DNA from: a virus | Lineage: Duplodnaviria; Caudoviricetes | Virus record (IMG/VR): IMGVR_UViG_3300007959_000005 | Span: 1 to 42,398 of that record | Strand: one strand, 5' to 3' | Length of the DNA: 42,398 bases | In this document: positions 18,091 through 26,897 of the stretch, piece after piece | Layout: the number at the start of each line of letters is the position of its first letter | How positions within the stretch are numbered: the first letter of the stretch is position 1 | Notes under the pieces: generated by a model | Seen by the model: the letters and a program-made list of their open reading frames with translations, nothing else | What the model was told of the DNA's origin: nothing | The model's database searches: none | Position numbers and translations under genes: made by a program

Positions 18091-19263
18091 TCACGCCGGG
18101 GTGATGACGACCACGTCGCACAGGCCCAGGGAATTGACCACCGGCAACGGCTTGGATTCGGCGATCAGCGCGTAACCGCTGCCGTCGGGGTGGCGCACCG
18201 GCTTGACGAAGAAGGGCATGGGCTCCAGGTTGCCGTCCAGGTCGTCGATGGATGCGTAGGGCATCCGGTGCCCTGCGTCGGTAGCGATGGCTTTCAGAGT
18301 GTCCTTGGGGACGATGGGAGTGAAGAGGCCGGTGACCGGGCTCCAGTACTCCTCCGCTCTCAGCTCGACCTTGATGGTGCCGATCATGATGTAGTTGTCC
18401 TCAAGCTTCATGCTGACGCCCGCCTCGGACTGGAGCTTGGTCGAGGTGAGGATTTTGGAAACGATGGTGAAGAGCGCCTTGAAAGCATCCTCGCCGGCCC
18501 AGAAGAGAACCTCGCCGCCTACGCCGATGCGCTGGAAAACCTTGCGCAGCTGGATAAAGGTGTCGACGATGTCCACGGCCTTGATGGCCGGATCGTCCCA
18601 GTATTTGTAGCTGCCGGCATCGAGGCTCTGCACCCCGCCGTAATCGATCTCGAAGGTGTCGAAACCGCCCCCTTCGAGCTGCACCGGGTAGGAAAGCTTG
18701 CCGGTGAGTGCCGAAGCGCACATGGCCTCGGTGGTGGCGCGCACGGTGCGACGCAGCACGTCGGTCTTGTTCTGCGCCCAGATCTCCAGCTGGTTCTTGC
18801 TGTTGGGACCGCCCTGGGAGAAGAGGCGCAGGTTGTTAAGATCGGCACCGGTGATGTCGATCTTCGGGTGGATCGGGAGCGGCTCGTAGAACTCGGTGCG
18901 GCCGGTTGCCCCGGTGATGGAGATGGCAGGGGACCCGCGGCGACTCAGGGCCATGGCTCTGATGTACTGGCGGACGATGTCGGAGCCGATCAGCGGACCG
19001 GGCTGCTGCGGGCGGTCTTTGAAGATGCGGTCAAGACAGACGGTCGGGTATGCGGGCCCCAGCACCTGGAGGTACCGGATGATGGCTTCCCGGGTGAAGA
19101 GGTTGCGGATGTTAACGAATCCGGCCAGCAGCAGTGTCTTCCCGAGATGGTCGGCATGGGTAGCAGCCATAGCCTCGTGGCCGGAGCCAAGGGCAAAGGC
19201 CACGATGGCCAGTGCCGTGAGGAGCGACCAGGAAAATAAGGTCTTGAATCTGTTAGTGAGCAT
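18091..19263 (-). CDS. Major capsid protein (lambda gpE-like family) with an N-terminal signal-like extension
   Basis: Follows the protease and decoration genes; RRGSP, LRRTVRATTEAMCASALTGKL and ESKPLPV motifs; AAAGGAG RBS before MLTNRF. Confidence 0.85.
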   Translation of the reverse strand: MLTNRFKTLFSWSLLTALAIVAFALGSGHEAMAATHADHLGKTLLLAGFVNIRNLFTREAIIRYLQVLGPAYPTVCLDRIFKDRPQQPGPLIGSDIVRQYIRAMALSRRGSPAISITGATGRTEFYEPLPIHPKIDITGADLNNLRLFSQGGPNSKNQLEIWAQNKTDVLRRTVRATTEAMCASALTGKLSYPVQLEGGGFDTFEIDYGGVQSLDAGSYKYWDDPAIKAVDIVDTFIQLRKVFQRIGVGGEVLFWAGEDAFKALFTIVSKILTSTKLQSEAGVSMKLEDNYIMIGTIKVELRAEEYWSPVTGLFTPIVPKDTLKAIATDAGHRMPYASIDDLDGNLEPMPFFVKPVRHPDGSGYALIAESKPLPVVNSLGLCDVVVITPA

Positions 19264-19339
19264 TGCTGACTCCTTTAAGGGTGGATACATAATTGCTTAA
19301 ATGGTCGTTGAGCCTCGGTCGGATCGGGGCAAACCGGGG

Positions 19340-19696
19340 TTACTGCGGGAAGAGGCCCGCATTCTGCAACGCGATCAAGGCCGCCTTGGTGGGTGCTGCC
19401 GGCACAGCGGCACCGACCTTGAGCACCGGAGCCTGGACGGATCCGTGGATGACCACCAGGCCGATCTGCTCGGCCGCGGTATCGACCTGCTGGTCCAGGA
19501 CCGCGATGAAGGCCTCGCCCTCGGCAGCCTGGAGCAGGGTGAAGCCGTCGGCGTCACGTTTGAGGAGCAAACCGGTGGGATATACCCCATCGTTAGCCTT
19601 CAGTACGCCGGCAACCAGGACGGGCGGGTGTCCGCCGGGAGACTGGGCGCGTACTTCGTCGCGGGTAAAAGCTGCGGTGGTACCGTTAATGGTCAT
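19340..19696 (-). CDS. Head decoration protein (gpD-like)
   Basis: 118 aa between the protease and capsid genes; VVIHGSV and LQNAGLF motifs. Confidence 0.7.
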   Translation of the reverse strand: MTINGTTAAFTRDEVRAQSPGGHPPVLVAGVLKANDGVYPTGLLLKRDADGFTLLQAAEGEAFIAVLDQQVDTAAEQIGLVVIHGSVQAPVLKVGAAVPAAPTKAALIALQNAGLFPQ

Positions 19697-19756
19697 GACT
19701 ACCTCCGATTTTTTGTTCTCTGTTAAAGCCTAGTTAAAGGGTTGATAAATCCGGGG

Positions 19757-20137
19757 TTAGACGTAGGTGGCGATATCCGCCGGAATCGCGCCGGGCCGCT
19801 TGCCCGGGTTCTCATCTCCGGCTGCCAGCTCGCCAAACTCGATGAGCTTTGGGTAGCTGCCCAGGACGGCCTTGATGGTCTCGACGGGGGACTCGGTTTT
19901 CTTGGCGTCACCCTCGCCAAACTCGATGGTGTCACCGGTGGAGATGCCGGCGCAGAAGTCGAGCACGGCGACGATGGCGGCCTTGTTGGCCGCGAGCAGC
20001 TTGCCGTCGACTATCAGCCCTTCGGCAAAGGCGAGGTTGGCGGCGCGCAGACCGCTGGTTTCCTTCTCTTTCAGGGCTTTGTCCCTGGCGTTCAGTGAGG
20101 CCTCTTTCTCGGCCAGTTGTGCGACGGTGAGCGTCAT
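19757..20137 (-). CDS. Nested in-frame scaffolding protein (Mu gpZ-like)
   Basis: Internal GAAGGAGGAGCC-ATG (MTLTVAQLAEKE), followed by a coiled coil. Confidence 0.65.
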   Translation of the reverse strand: MTLTVAQLAEKEASLNARDKALKEKETSGLRAANLAFAEGLIVDGKLLAANKAAIVAVLDFCAGISTGDTIEFGEGDAKKTESPVETIKAVLGSYPKLIEFGELAAGDENPGKRPGAIPADIATYV

Positions 20138-20818
20138 GGCTCCTCCTTCATGGTTGGGTTCACTGTAATCGGTGGTTGATTGGCTATCGCAAATGCACTC
20201 GGCGCAGGGCATGCTGCAGGAGGCACAGGTTCCTTCCTTGCGCTCGGGGGTAAGGGCTTCCTCGGTGACGGATTGAAGGTCCCATTCGCCCAGGGCCTTA
20301 TCGGCCTTCTCCTGGCCGAACTCCCCGATGAGGAAGTTCTTGAGGTTGCGGAACATGCCGGCGATGGTGCGGTCGTTCCAGTCGCCGAAGTCCATCACCC
20401 CCTCCTCGCCCTCGGCAAAGCTTGCGGCACCCAGCCCCTTGCAGCCCGCAGGGACGGCGCCGAGGAAACCGAGATGGCGCGGGTAGAGCACGCCGGGTAC
20501 CGGGTTGGCGGGAGAGTCCGGCGCGTAGAAGCTGGTGGACACCCGGTCATGTTTGCCGGAGTTGACCCACTCGGCAAAAGCCGGGTCGACGTTGGCCGGC
20601 TCGCCCATGAGAAAACCGTCGGTAAACTCCATGCGCTGGATCTGACCGTACTTCGGGTCGTCCATCTTGGGGTGGCCGATCACCAGGGGGGCGGCGTGCA
20701 GCTCGGGATTGTAGACGGCGGCCGTGGCCCTGAGATCCGCCTCAGTAAACTCGTGGACCTTGCCGTCGGCCGATACGTGGCGGCCGGGCTTGAACATCTT
20801 GATCATCTTGGTTGCCAT
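19757..20818 (-). CDS. Head maturation protease I with a C-terminal scaffold (Mu gp32)
   Basis: MFKPGRH, APLVIGHP, VSTSFY and RHLGFLGAVP motifs. Confidence 0.9.
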   Translation of the reverse strand: MATKMIKMFKPGRHVSADGKVHEFTEADLRATAAVYNPELHAAPLVIGHPKMDDPKYGQIQRMEFTDGFLMGEPANVDPAFAEWVNSGKHDRVSTSFYAPDSPANPVPGVLYPRHLGFLGAVPAGCKGLGAASFAEGEEGVMDFGDWNDRTIAGMFRNLKNFLIGEFGQEKADKALGEWDLQSVTEEALTPERKEGTCASCSMPCAECICDSQSTTDYSEPNHEGGAMTLTVAQLAEKEASLNARDKALKEKETSGLRAANLAFAEGLIVDGKLLAANKAAIVAVLDFCAGISTGDTIEFGEGDAKKTESPVETIKAVLGSYPKLIEFGELAAGDENPGKRPGAIPADIATYV

Positions 20819-20828
20819 GGGTTCTCCT

Positions 20829-21091
20829 TCAGGCCAGCTTGGCCGAGAGGTAGTTCTGCAAGGTCATCTGCGCGATCTGGGTGAGCTGCGCCTCGATGTC
20901 GACCAGGTGGTCCACCTCGTCGGCCAGGATCTCCTCGATGACAGCGCGGGTCGCGGCGTCCTTGTGGGTGAGGCAGAGCGCGATCAGGTCGTTGTAGTTG
21001 ACCACCGCCAGCTCCTCGGATGGTTGATCGCGGTCAGCTCGTCGAGTCTTCGGGCGTTCAAGGCAGCTATGATCTCGGGGTGTCCCTTCAT
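20829..21091 (-). pseudogene. bfr: Bacterioferritin remnant with an internal deletion of about 70 codons and a frameshift
   Basis: MKGHPEIIAALNARRLDELTAIN is joined out of frame to EELAVVNYNDLIALCLTHKDAATRAVIEEILADEVDHLVDIEAQLTQIAQMTLQNYLSAKLA*. Residue spacing matches Bfr E18, E94, E127 and H130. Confidence 0.85.
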
Positions 21092-21335
21092 CGGTTGGTC
21101 TCCATTGTCGTATGGTGCATTGGCACCATACCCCTCTATCGTTGTCCGTTGCAGTTGAGGCCCTTCACAAATTCCGGTGGGCCGATCTGGAACCGCATTA
21201 AAACCCCATTTAAAACTCGCTGTACTGGCCGACCCCTTTCAGGCGCGTACCCATTTAGGTTGGAACGGCTGCAGGGCAAATTTGGAAGCCGTAGCAGCAC
21301 AACTGAAATCGGTCGAAGCGGACTGATCGGACCGA

Positions 21336-21923
21336 TCAGCGCACCCCGTTGGTGAGCCAGGCTTTGCCGGCGTCGATCATGCGTTGGATGCCCCCGGGGC
21401 TGCAGTAGAGGATGGGCCGCGCCGGGATCTTGATGGAATAGGCCTTGCCCTTCACCTTCATCGAGTAGCCGGCCTTGCCCGCCTTGGCGAAGGTGTCGCC
21501 GCTGCCGGGTCGGCCGTGGGTCATCTTGCCCGGGGTTTTCTGCTTGAAGTTGAGCACCCGCTCCCGGGCGGCGAACTTGCTGGAGCCGCCGAAGTGCTGG
21601 ATGCGCGCATATGCCACGTTGGTGCCGCAGACGGCGTTGTTGTTGTCGGACTTCACCTGGAAGCTGGCGGCCAGGCGCCCGCGCACCTGCATGATCTTGC
21701 CGGGCCAGTGCCCCTGGGCCTTGCGCCGCCTGATGGTGCCGGGCTTTAGGCCGCGCCACTTGGCGGGGCGCCCCTCGGCTGAGAAGTTCTCCTCGATCTC
21801 GTCGTGCATGATGCCGCCGATCTGCCGCATGAGCCCCACGGTGTTCTTCGCCTGGCGGGCTATCTTGTCCAGCAGCTGGGCGGCCTCGGCAAAGTTGTCG
21901 GTGACCTTGATCATTTCTCCCAT
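21336..21923 (-). CDS. Virion morphogenesis protein (Mu gpG/gp31)
   Basis: ENFSAEGRP.KW..L and GTNVAYARIQHFGG..IPARPIL motifs. Confidence 0.92.
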   Translation of the reverse strand: MGEMIKVTDNFAEAAQLLDKIARQAKNTVGLMRQIGGIMHDEIEENFSAEGRPAKWRGLKPGTIRRRKAQGHWPGKIMQVRGRLAASFQVKSDNNNAVCGTNVAYARIQHFGGSSKFAARERVLNFKQKTPGKMTHGRPGSGDTFAKAGKAGYSMKVKGKAYSIKIPARPILYCSPGGIQRMIDAGKAWLTNGVR

Positions 21924-22735
21924 AGCTGCCTCACCTGCGGGTCGTACTTCTTGAGGTCGGGCTGAAAGTCGACCTTGCCCGGGTTGTAGCTCCAGCCGAC
22001 GTCGGGGGCGACGCTCTCTTTTTTACCGGTCTGGGGATTGCGGTCGCGGAACACGGTGACCGGCTGCATCTCGCCGCTCTTCTTGCTGACCAGCTCGTCG
22101 CGCTGCGAGAGCTTCCCCTGGGAGCTTTCCACCTCGAGGCCGCGGGCGGCCAGGTTCTCCTGGTCCAGGGCGCGCACCCGGCAGCGGCAGCGCCAGCCGT
22201 TGGGCGGGTAAAAGGAGTTCCAGAAGTCGTCGTTGTACCGGAACACCCGGCCGTTAAGCATGGCGTGGGCCGGGCGGGTACGGGCATCCATGACGGCCAC
22301 GTACTGGAAGTAGGGGCGGGCCTCGACGTTTTCGGCCTGGGTGCGGTAGCGCCCCACGTTGTAGGCGGTCTGCACGTTCTGGTCGAAGATGGTGCGCAGC
22401 CGGTAGGGGCTCCCCAGCTGGACGTCGGTTACCTCGCCGGTCTGTTCGTTGACGGTCTCCTGCTTGCCCCACCATCCCTTGGACTTCAGCTTGGGGGTGA
22501 GGCCCTTGGCGAACTCCTGATAGGTGATGCCATTGTCGAGCGCGTCCTGGACGCCGTCGCGGATGTCCTGGAGAATGTCCATGCGGGTCACTTTGGCCAC
22601 GGTGAAGGCGCGGGCCTGGGCTTCCTGCCAGAGTTCCTGCCAGTCCCAGGTGAAGGCGAACCCCTTGGACTTGAAGTACTCGATGGCCTTCTCGGGCTTG
22701 AGCCCAAGGGCGTATGCAAGGTCGACCTTATTCAT
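21911..22735 (-). CDS. Head morphogenesis protein (Mu gpF/gp30, SPP1 gp7 family)
   Basis: AFTVAK, RLRTIF, D.RTRP.H and PPNGWRCRC motifs. Confidence 0.95.
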   Translation of the reverse strand: MNKVDLAYALGLKPEKAIEYFKSKGFAFTWDWQELWQEAQARAFTVAKVTRMDILQDIRDGVQDALDNGITYQEFAKGLTPKLKSKGWWGKQETVNEQTGEVTDVQLGSPYRLRTIFDQNVQTAYNVGRYRTQAENVEARPYFQYVAVMDARTRPAHAMLNGRVFRYNDDFWNSFYPPNGWRCRCRVRALDQENLAARGLEVESSQGKLSQRDELVSKKSGEMQPVTVFRDRNPQTGKKESVAPDVGWSYNPGKVDFQPDLKKYDPQVRQLWEK

Positions 22736-24329
22736 CCGCCTGCAACCTCCCCCAGACTTCGGCCACGAAGATCACGCGGGCCAGCAGATCCTGGAGCTTG
22801 TCGGTATCCAGCTTGGGGTAGATCTTGATCAGCTCGCCCATGACCTCGGTCAGGTCACCGCTCTCCTTGAACAGCTTGAAGACCGGCTTCAACACGCCTT
22901 CCATGAGCGACTGAAGAGCCGCGGGGGTGAACGACTCGGCCAGGGCGTCAATCTCCAGCTCGCCGGGAAAGGGGTCGTCGCCTTCGGCAAATTCGGTACT
23001 GGTGGCTTCCCGGACGGATAGGTCGGATCGGACCGATTTTGTAGGCGGTTCGGCGGCGGTCTCTTCGACGTCGTCGTCCTGAAGGCCCTGGGTGCGCACA
23101 TAGTAGCTCTTGGAAAGCTTGAGCCCGCTACGCTCCATAGCCTGGGAAAGCGAGTTGTCGCGCTCGGCCAGGGTCTTGGAGTCGTCCTCGTCTTCGCTCT
23201 TGATCTCGATCTTCGGGTAGCGGCCGTGCCCGGGGAACTGGTAATCGACCAGCCAGGGGAGGACGCCGTTCTTGCGGTCGTTCTGGGCCTCGCAGATGCT
23301 ATCTCCGTCGTCCTTCAGGTAGTTCTCCAGGACGTCCTGCTGCTCATCGGCATTACCCAGGCCGCCGGGCTTGCCGGAGGTGGTGGCGGTCTGCCCCAGG
23401 ATGCTGATGGTCATCTCGTCGTTCATGAAGTCGCAGAGCTCTTTGTAGCAACTGATGTTGCCGCTGCGCGCCGCCTCGATGAGCTTCAGGTTCATCCCCT
23501 CGGGGTAGATGATGGCGGAGTTGGAGTGCAGGGCCGACGCGGCCGCCAGGAGCTGCTGCTGCTTTTCGGGGGTGGTGCCGTCCGGGTATTCACCGGCGGC
23601 GGTAGGCGCGGCGAACTTCTCCACGAACATGACCCAAAACTTGATGCCGTTTTTCTTGAAGAACCAGGGCCAGTAAAGCTCCTGTCCCAAGCCGTTGCCA
23701 TAGGGGGTGGTCACCTCGTCGCCAAAGGTGAAGACCTGGAACTTTTTCAAGGGGAGGCCGCTCTCCTGGTTGATGGTTACGTTTTCCCCCGGGTAGGGGT
23801 TGGACAGGGTCATTAGGTGCAGGTCGCCGTTGGGGGCGAAGCGAAAGCGGCGCTGGTGCCGGTAGCGCATATCGGAAATGAAGGTATCGCCCTCGGAAAA
23901 ATCCCACATGACCTCGGCGACGGAATACCCCTTGAGGACCCCGCCCCGCAGCACCGGGCGCCGACAGCGGTCGTAGGGGAAGTTCTGGAAGACCTTGGTG
24001 CAGTACTCCGCGATCTTTATGTCTACGGCTTCCTGGGAAAAGGGTACGATCTGCCAGTCGCGGCCGGTGACAGCCTTGGCGCGGGTACGCAAGCTGGCGG
24101 CCACCCGGCTGTCGCGGGCGATGTCGTCGTAGATGCTGATGTCGCCGCCGTTCTCCATGGTGAGCACGGGGTCGAGGTTCTCCATGACGGGGAGCCAGCC
24201 CTGGAACATGTAGACGTCGGTGGCGGCAGATGCCACCTCCTGGGTCACCGGCCGCTTGCCGTCCACGGTGATCACCGGGTTGAGCAGCTGGCCGTTGTAG
24301 CCGTAAAGGGTGTCGAGTTTGTCGGTCAT
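22728..24329 (-). CDS. Portal protein (Mu gp29, DUF935)
   Basis: PYGNGL, FVEKFAAP and ILGQTATT motifs; start MTDKL at an ATGA overlap. Confidence 0.92.
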   Translation of the reverse strand: MTDKLDTLYGYNGQLLNPVITVDGKRPVTQEVASAATDVYMFQGWLPVMENLDPVLTMENGGDISIYDDIARDSRVAASLRTRAKAVTGRDWQIVPFSQEAVDIKIAEYCTKVFQNFPYDRCRRPVLRGGVLKGYSVAEVMWDFSEGDTFISDMRYRHQRRFRFAPNGDLHLMTLSNPYPGENVTINQESGLPLKKFQVFTFGDEVTTPYGNGLGQELYWPWFFKKNGIKFWVMFVEKFAAPTAAGEYPDGTTPEKQQQLLAAASALHSNSAIIYPEGMNLKLIEAARSGNISCYKELCDFMNDEMTISILGQTATTSGKPGGLGNADEQQDVLENYLKDDGDSICEAQNDRKNGVLPWLVDYQFPGHGRYPKIEIKSEDEDDSKTLAERDNSLSQAMERSGLKLSKSYYVRTQGLQDDDVEETAAEPPTKSVRSDLSVREATSTEFAEGDDPFPGELEIDALAESFTPAALQSLMEGVLKPVFKLFKESGDLTEVMGELIKIYPKLDTDKLQDLLARVIFVAEVWGRLQADE

Positions 24330-24526
24330 CGCTTCTCCGAGTTGCTGCCGGCCGCGTGGCCAAAATGGTAACCGCCGCAAAAGCGGCAGGAGTAGATGTG
24401 GAGGTAGCCGCCATTCTTCTTGCCTGAGCGGATCACCTGGTGCATGGCATCCAGGGCGGCGGCGCTGGTCGGAAAGCGCTTCTTACGCTGGCAGGATCTG
24501 CGGCGGATGCGGCGCTTGCTGGCCAT
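24326..24526 (-). CDS. Small basic protein with a YxCxxCGGYH motif
   Basis: Translationally coupled between neighbours; IYSCRFCGGYHFGH. Confidence 0.65.
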   Translation of the reverse strand: MASKRRIRRRSCQRKKRFPTSAAALDAMHQVIRSGKKNGGYLHIYSCRFCGGYHFGHAAGSNSEKR

Positions 24527-24708
24527 TAGCCGAAGATATCGTCAAGGATGTCTTCCAGATCCTCGCCGATCTCTTTTGTCCGACTCACGGAAAAAGGCTC
24601 TTTGCGGCCTGAAACCGTACCGCCAAGCGTTACCACATCGGCCGCCACCGAGAGGGGGGCCGTGACTACATCTACTCCGAGTTTTGCCAAGCTGCCGAAA
24701 AGTCCCAT
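24526..24708 (-). CDS. Small hypothetical protein (60 aa, MGLFGSLAKLG...)
   Basis: GGAG RBS right after the terminase gene; coupled to the next gene (TAATG). Confidence 0.6.
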   Translation of the reverse strand: MGLFGSLAKLGVDVVTAPLSVAADVVTLGGTVSGRKEPFSVSRTKEIGEDLEDILDDIFG

Positions 24709-24710
24709 TT

Positions 24711-26336
24711 TTATCTCCCCATGTAGTTGCTCATGCTGCGGCCTGCCGACAGACACAGCCCGGTGGGGCCTGAGGTCTGGTGCTCGATGGTGACGGTCTG
24801 CTGCCGGATGGCGAAGTCGCCCAGGACCAGGGCCATGCCGGCGTCGCCATGGCGCTTGAACTCGATGTCCTTGGTGTCCTGGGTGCGTAGCCCGGGGAGC
24901 TTGATGATGCCGTCGATCAGCTCGAAGGTGCGCAGGTCGTTCAGCACGTCGGCGTCGCGGGGCAGGTTCCACTTGTTGTCTTCGAAGCTCTGCTGGAACG
25001 CGCCCATGTTGGCCCGGTACCAGGCGTCGTTAAGCATGACCTCCAGGATCCGCGGCCGGCCGTATTTGTCGGCGGTGGCTTCGGCGAGGCCGTACCCGTT
25101 GCCGGTGGCATCCATGGCACCATTGCGAAACCTCGGCAGGTGATCGATGACATGCCAGAGGATCTGCCGTTGATGCCGGGTCGGCACGTCCTTCATTTCG
25201 ATCATGAAGGGGCAGTTGCGGGTCAGGTCCTGCTCCAGGAAAAGCGGCGCTGTTACGGCGAAGTCGCCGAAGCGGGCATAGTCGGACCCGAAGGAGTACT
25301 CACGCCCACGCATCAGCAGATCGATGCAGGGGTTCAGCTTGATGCGGATCCACTCGGCTATGTAGGAGTCGCGGTAGGCGAGGCCTTTGGGCACGAAGTC
25401 TTTGCCCAGGGTGAGTCGCAGGATCGGCCGCACTTCCTTCATGCTCATCTCGATCAGCACGCCGGGGATCGCCACGCCGGAGCCCTCACGGGGAATGGCA
25501 TCTAGCTCCTCTTTCATGGCGGCCAGGTTGGAGCCGTACCCCTTGCGGATCTTGTCGTACCACTCCTTTTTGCCCTTTTCGCTGGGCTCCCAGCCGCGGA
25601 TCATGCAGACCCGCTCATAGAGCCCGTTGTTGACCGCATCGTCAAAGGTGCAGTGGAACACCTTGAAGGCGTTGAGCCCCGCCCAGGCGTCCCTTATCAG
25701 CTGGTTAAAGGGGTTTTTAAACCCGTTGTGGGTGGAGATGATGCGCACCTTGCCGCCCCAGATCAGGAGCGCCAGGCAGGCGTCGATCACGGCCTGGACG
25801 TTGCTGTGGAAGGCGGCCTCATCGATATCGACGATGCCCTGGAGCCCTCGGATGTTGGCCGGGTTGGAGGAGAGCGCCACGATCTGAAAGCCGGAGGCGA
25901 AGCGGATCCGATAGGAGGTAATCTGCCGGCTGTTGCCGTCCTCCATCTGGTCCTCGAAGAGAAAGACCTCGATGCCGTTCCAGCCGGGCGCCATAGCGCA
26001 GGCCATGATCTTGGCCATGGAAGCGCAGTAGCCGATGAATTCCAGGCCCTTGTCCTTGGTATCTCCCACGTAGTAGATGTTGTCGCCGCCGGCCTTGCGG
26101 TTGCTGGAGGCGGTGATGGTGTCGTCCAGGGCGGTGGCATAGGTGATGCCGGTGCGGCGCCCCTTCTCGGCGATGTTCAGGTCGAACTCGTGGATTTGCT
26201 TGATCCACTGGCGCTGGTGCAGCATCAGCACGCCCTCGGCCAGCAGGTCCGCATTGTTGGGGAGCTCGCGCACCGCCGCCGGAAGTTCGGGGGAGTTGAG
26301 GGCGATGACCCCTATGACGTCGCTGGGCTGGCTCAT
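24711..26336 (-). CDS. Terminase large subunit (Mu gp28-like)
   Basis: EKGRRTGIT, LSSNPANIRGLQG, IDEAAFH, ISTHNG, DATGNG and HGD motifs; start MSQPSD. Confidence 0.93.
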   Translation of the reverse strand: MSQPSDVIGVIALNSPELPAAVRELPNNADLLAEGVLMLHQRQWIKQIHEFDLNIAEKGRRTGITYATALDDTITASSNRKAGGDNIYYVGDTKDKGLEFIGYCASMAKIMACAMAPGWNGIEVFLFEDQMEDGNSRQITSYRIRFASGFQIVALSSNPANIRGLQGIVDIDEAAFHSNVQAVIDACLALLIWGGKVRIISTHNGFKNPFNQLIRDAWAGLNAFKVFHCTFDDAVNNGLYERVCMIRGWEPSEKGKKEWYDKIRKGYGSNLAAMKEELDAIPREGSGVAIPGVLIEMSMKEVRPILRLTLGKDFVPKGLAYRDSYIAEWIRIKLNPCIDLLMRGREYSFGSDYARFGDFAVTAPLFLEQDLTRNCPFMIEMKDVPTRHQRQILWHVIDHLPRFRNGAMDATGNGYGLAEATADKYGRPRILEVMLNDAWYRANMGAFQQSFEDNKWNLPRDADVLNDLRTFELIDGIIKLPGLRTQDTKDIEFKRHGDAGMALVLGDFAIRQQTVTIEHQTSGPTGLCLSAGRSMSNYMGR

Positions 26337-26896
26337 TGCACTCCCAGAACTTTCTGGCGCCAGAAGGCGGCTTGCTCGGCATCCTGGCCCATTTGCACGG
26401 CAGTCTGCTCGACCACGTCGGCAACATCCTTGATGGCCTGCTTGCGGATCTCGCCTTCCCGCTTCACACTGAGGTTGGAGGCCGCCTCGAGGCGCTGGAC
26501 GCCGAGGCACAGGTTGGTGAGCTGCTTGATGGTCCCCTTCATTTCCTCGGGGTCCAGGCTGGCGGTCTGCACCTGGGCCGAAATGTCCCAGAGCAGCGTC
26601 CGGAGCAGCTCGTTGGTGACCTGCCCCATGTCGCCGCTTCCCTGCAGGCTGGCCTTGCCGCCCAGGGTGGCGGCCAGCTCGCGGGAGCGCCTGAGCCTGG
26701 CGCCTACGCTCTCCATGCCTTCCAGCATCTTCTTGCGGGCGGCGGCGCGGGCATCGTCCCACTCGGTGCCGGCCCGCTTCTTCCAGGTGCGCAGGCTGTT
26801 CTCGGAGACGCCGATCTCGACGGCGATCTGGGGGATCTCCCGACCGCTGGCGAAAAGCTCGATGGCCTGCTGCTCGTTTTCGGCGCGCTTGCCCAT
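26333..26896 (-). CDS. Terminase small subunit (Mu gp27/DUF3486-like)
   Basis: N-terminal HTH; directly upstream of terL. Confidence 0.8.
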   Translation of the reverse strand: MGKRAENEQQAIELFASGREIPQIAVEIGVSENSLRTWKKRAGTEWDDARAAARKKMLEGMESVGARLRRSRELAATLGGKASLQGSGDMGQVTNELLRTLLWDISAQVQTASLDPEEMKGTIKQLTNLCLGVQRLEAASNLSVKREGEIRKQAIKDVADVVEQTAVQMGQDAEQAAFWRQKVLGVQ

Positions 26897-26897
26897 G

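Noticed and set aside
17521-19239. 572-aa + strand ORF
   Set aside because: Antisense to the capsid gene and its neighbour.
26337-26762. N-terminal extensions given by the ORF track for terL (and similarly for portal, target 2, the fibre and the beta-helix protein)
   Set aside because: They overlap upstream genes; downstream starts with an RBS or stop/start coupling fit better.
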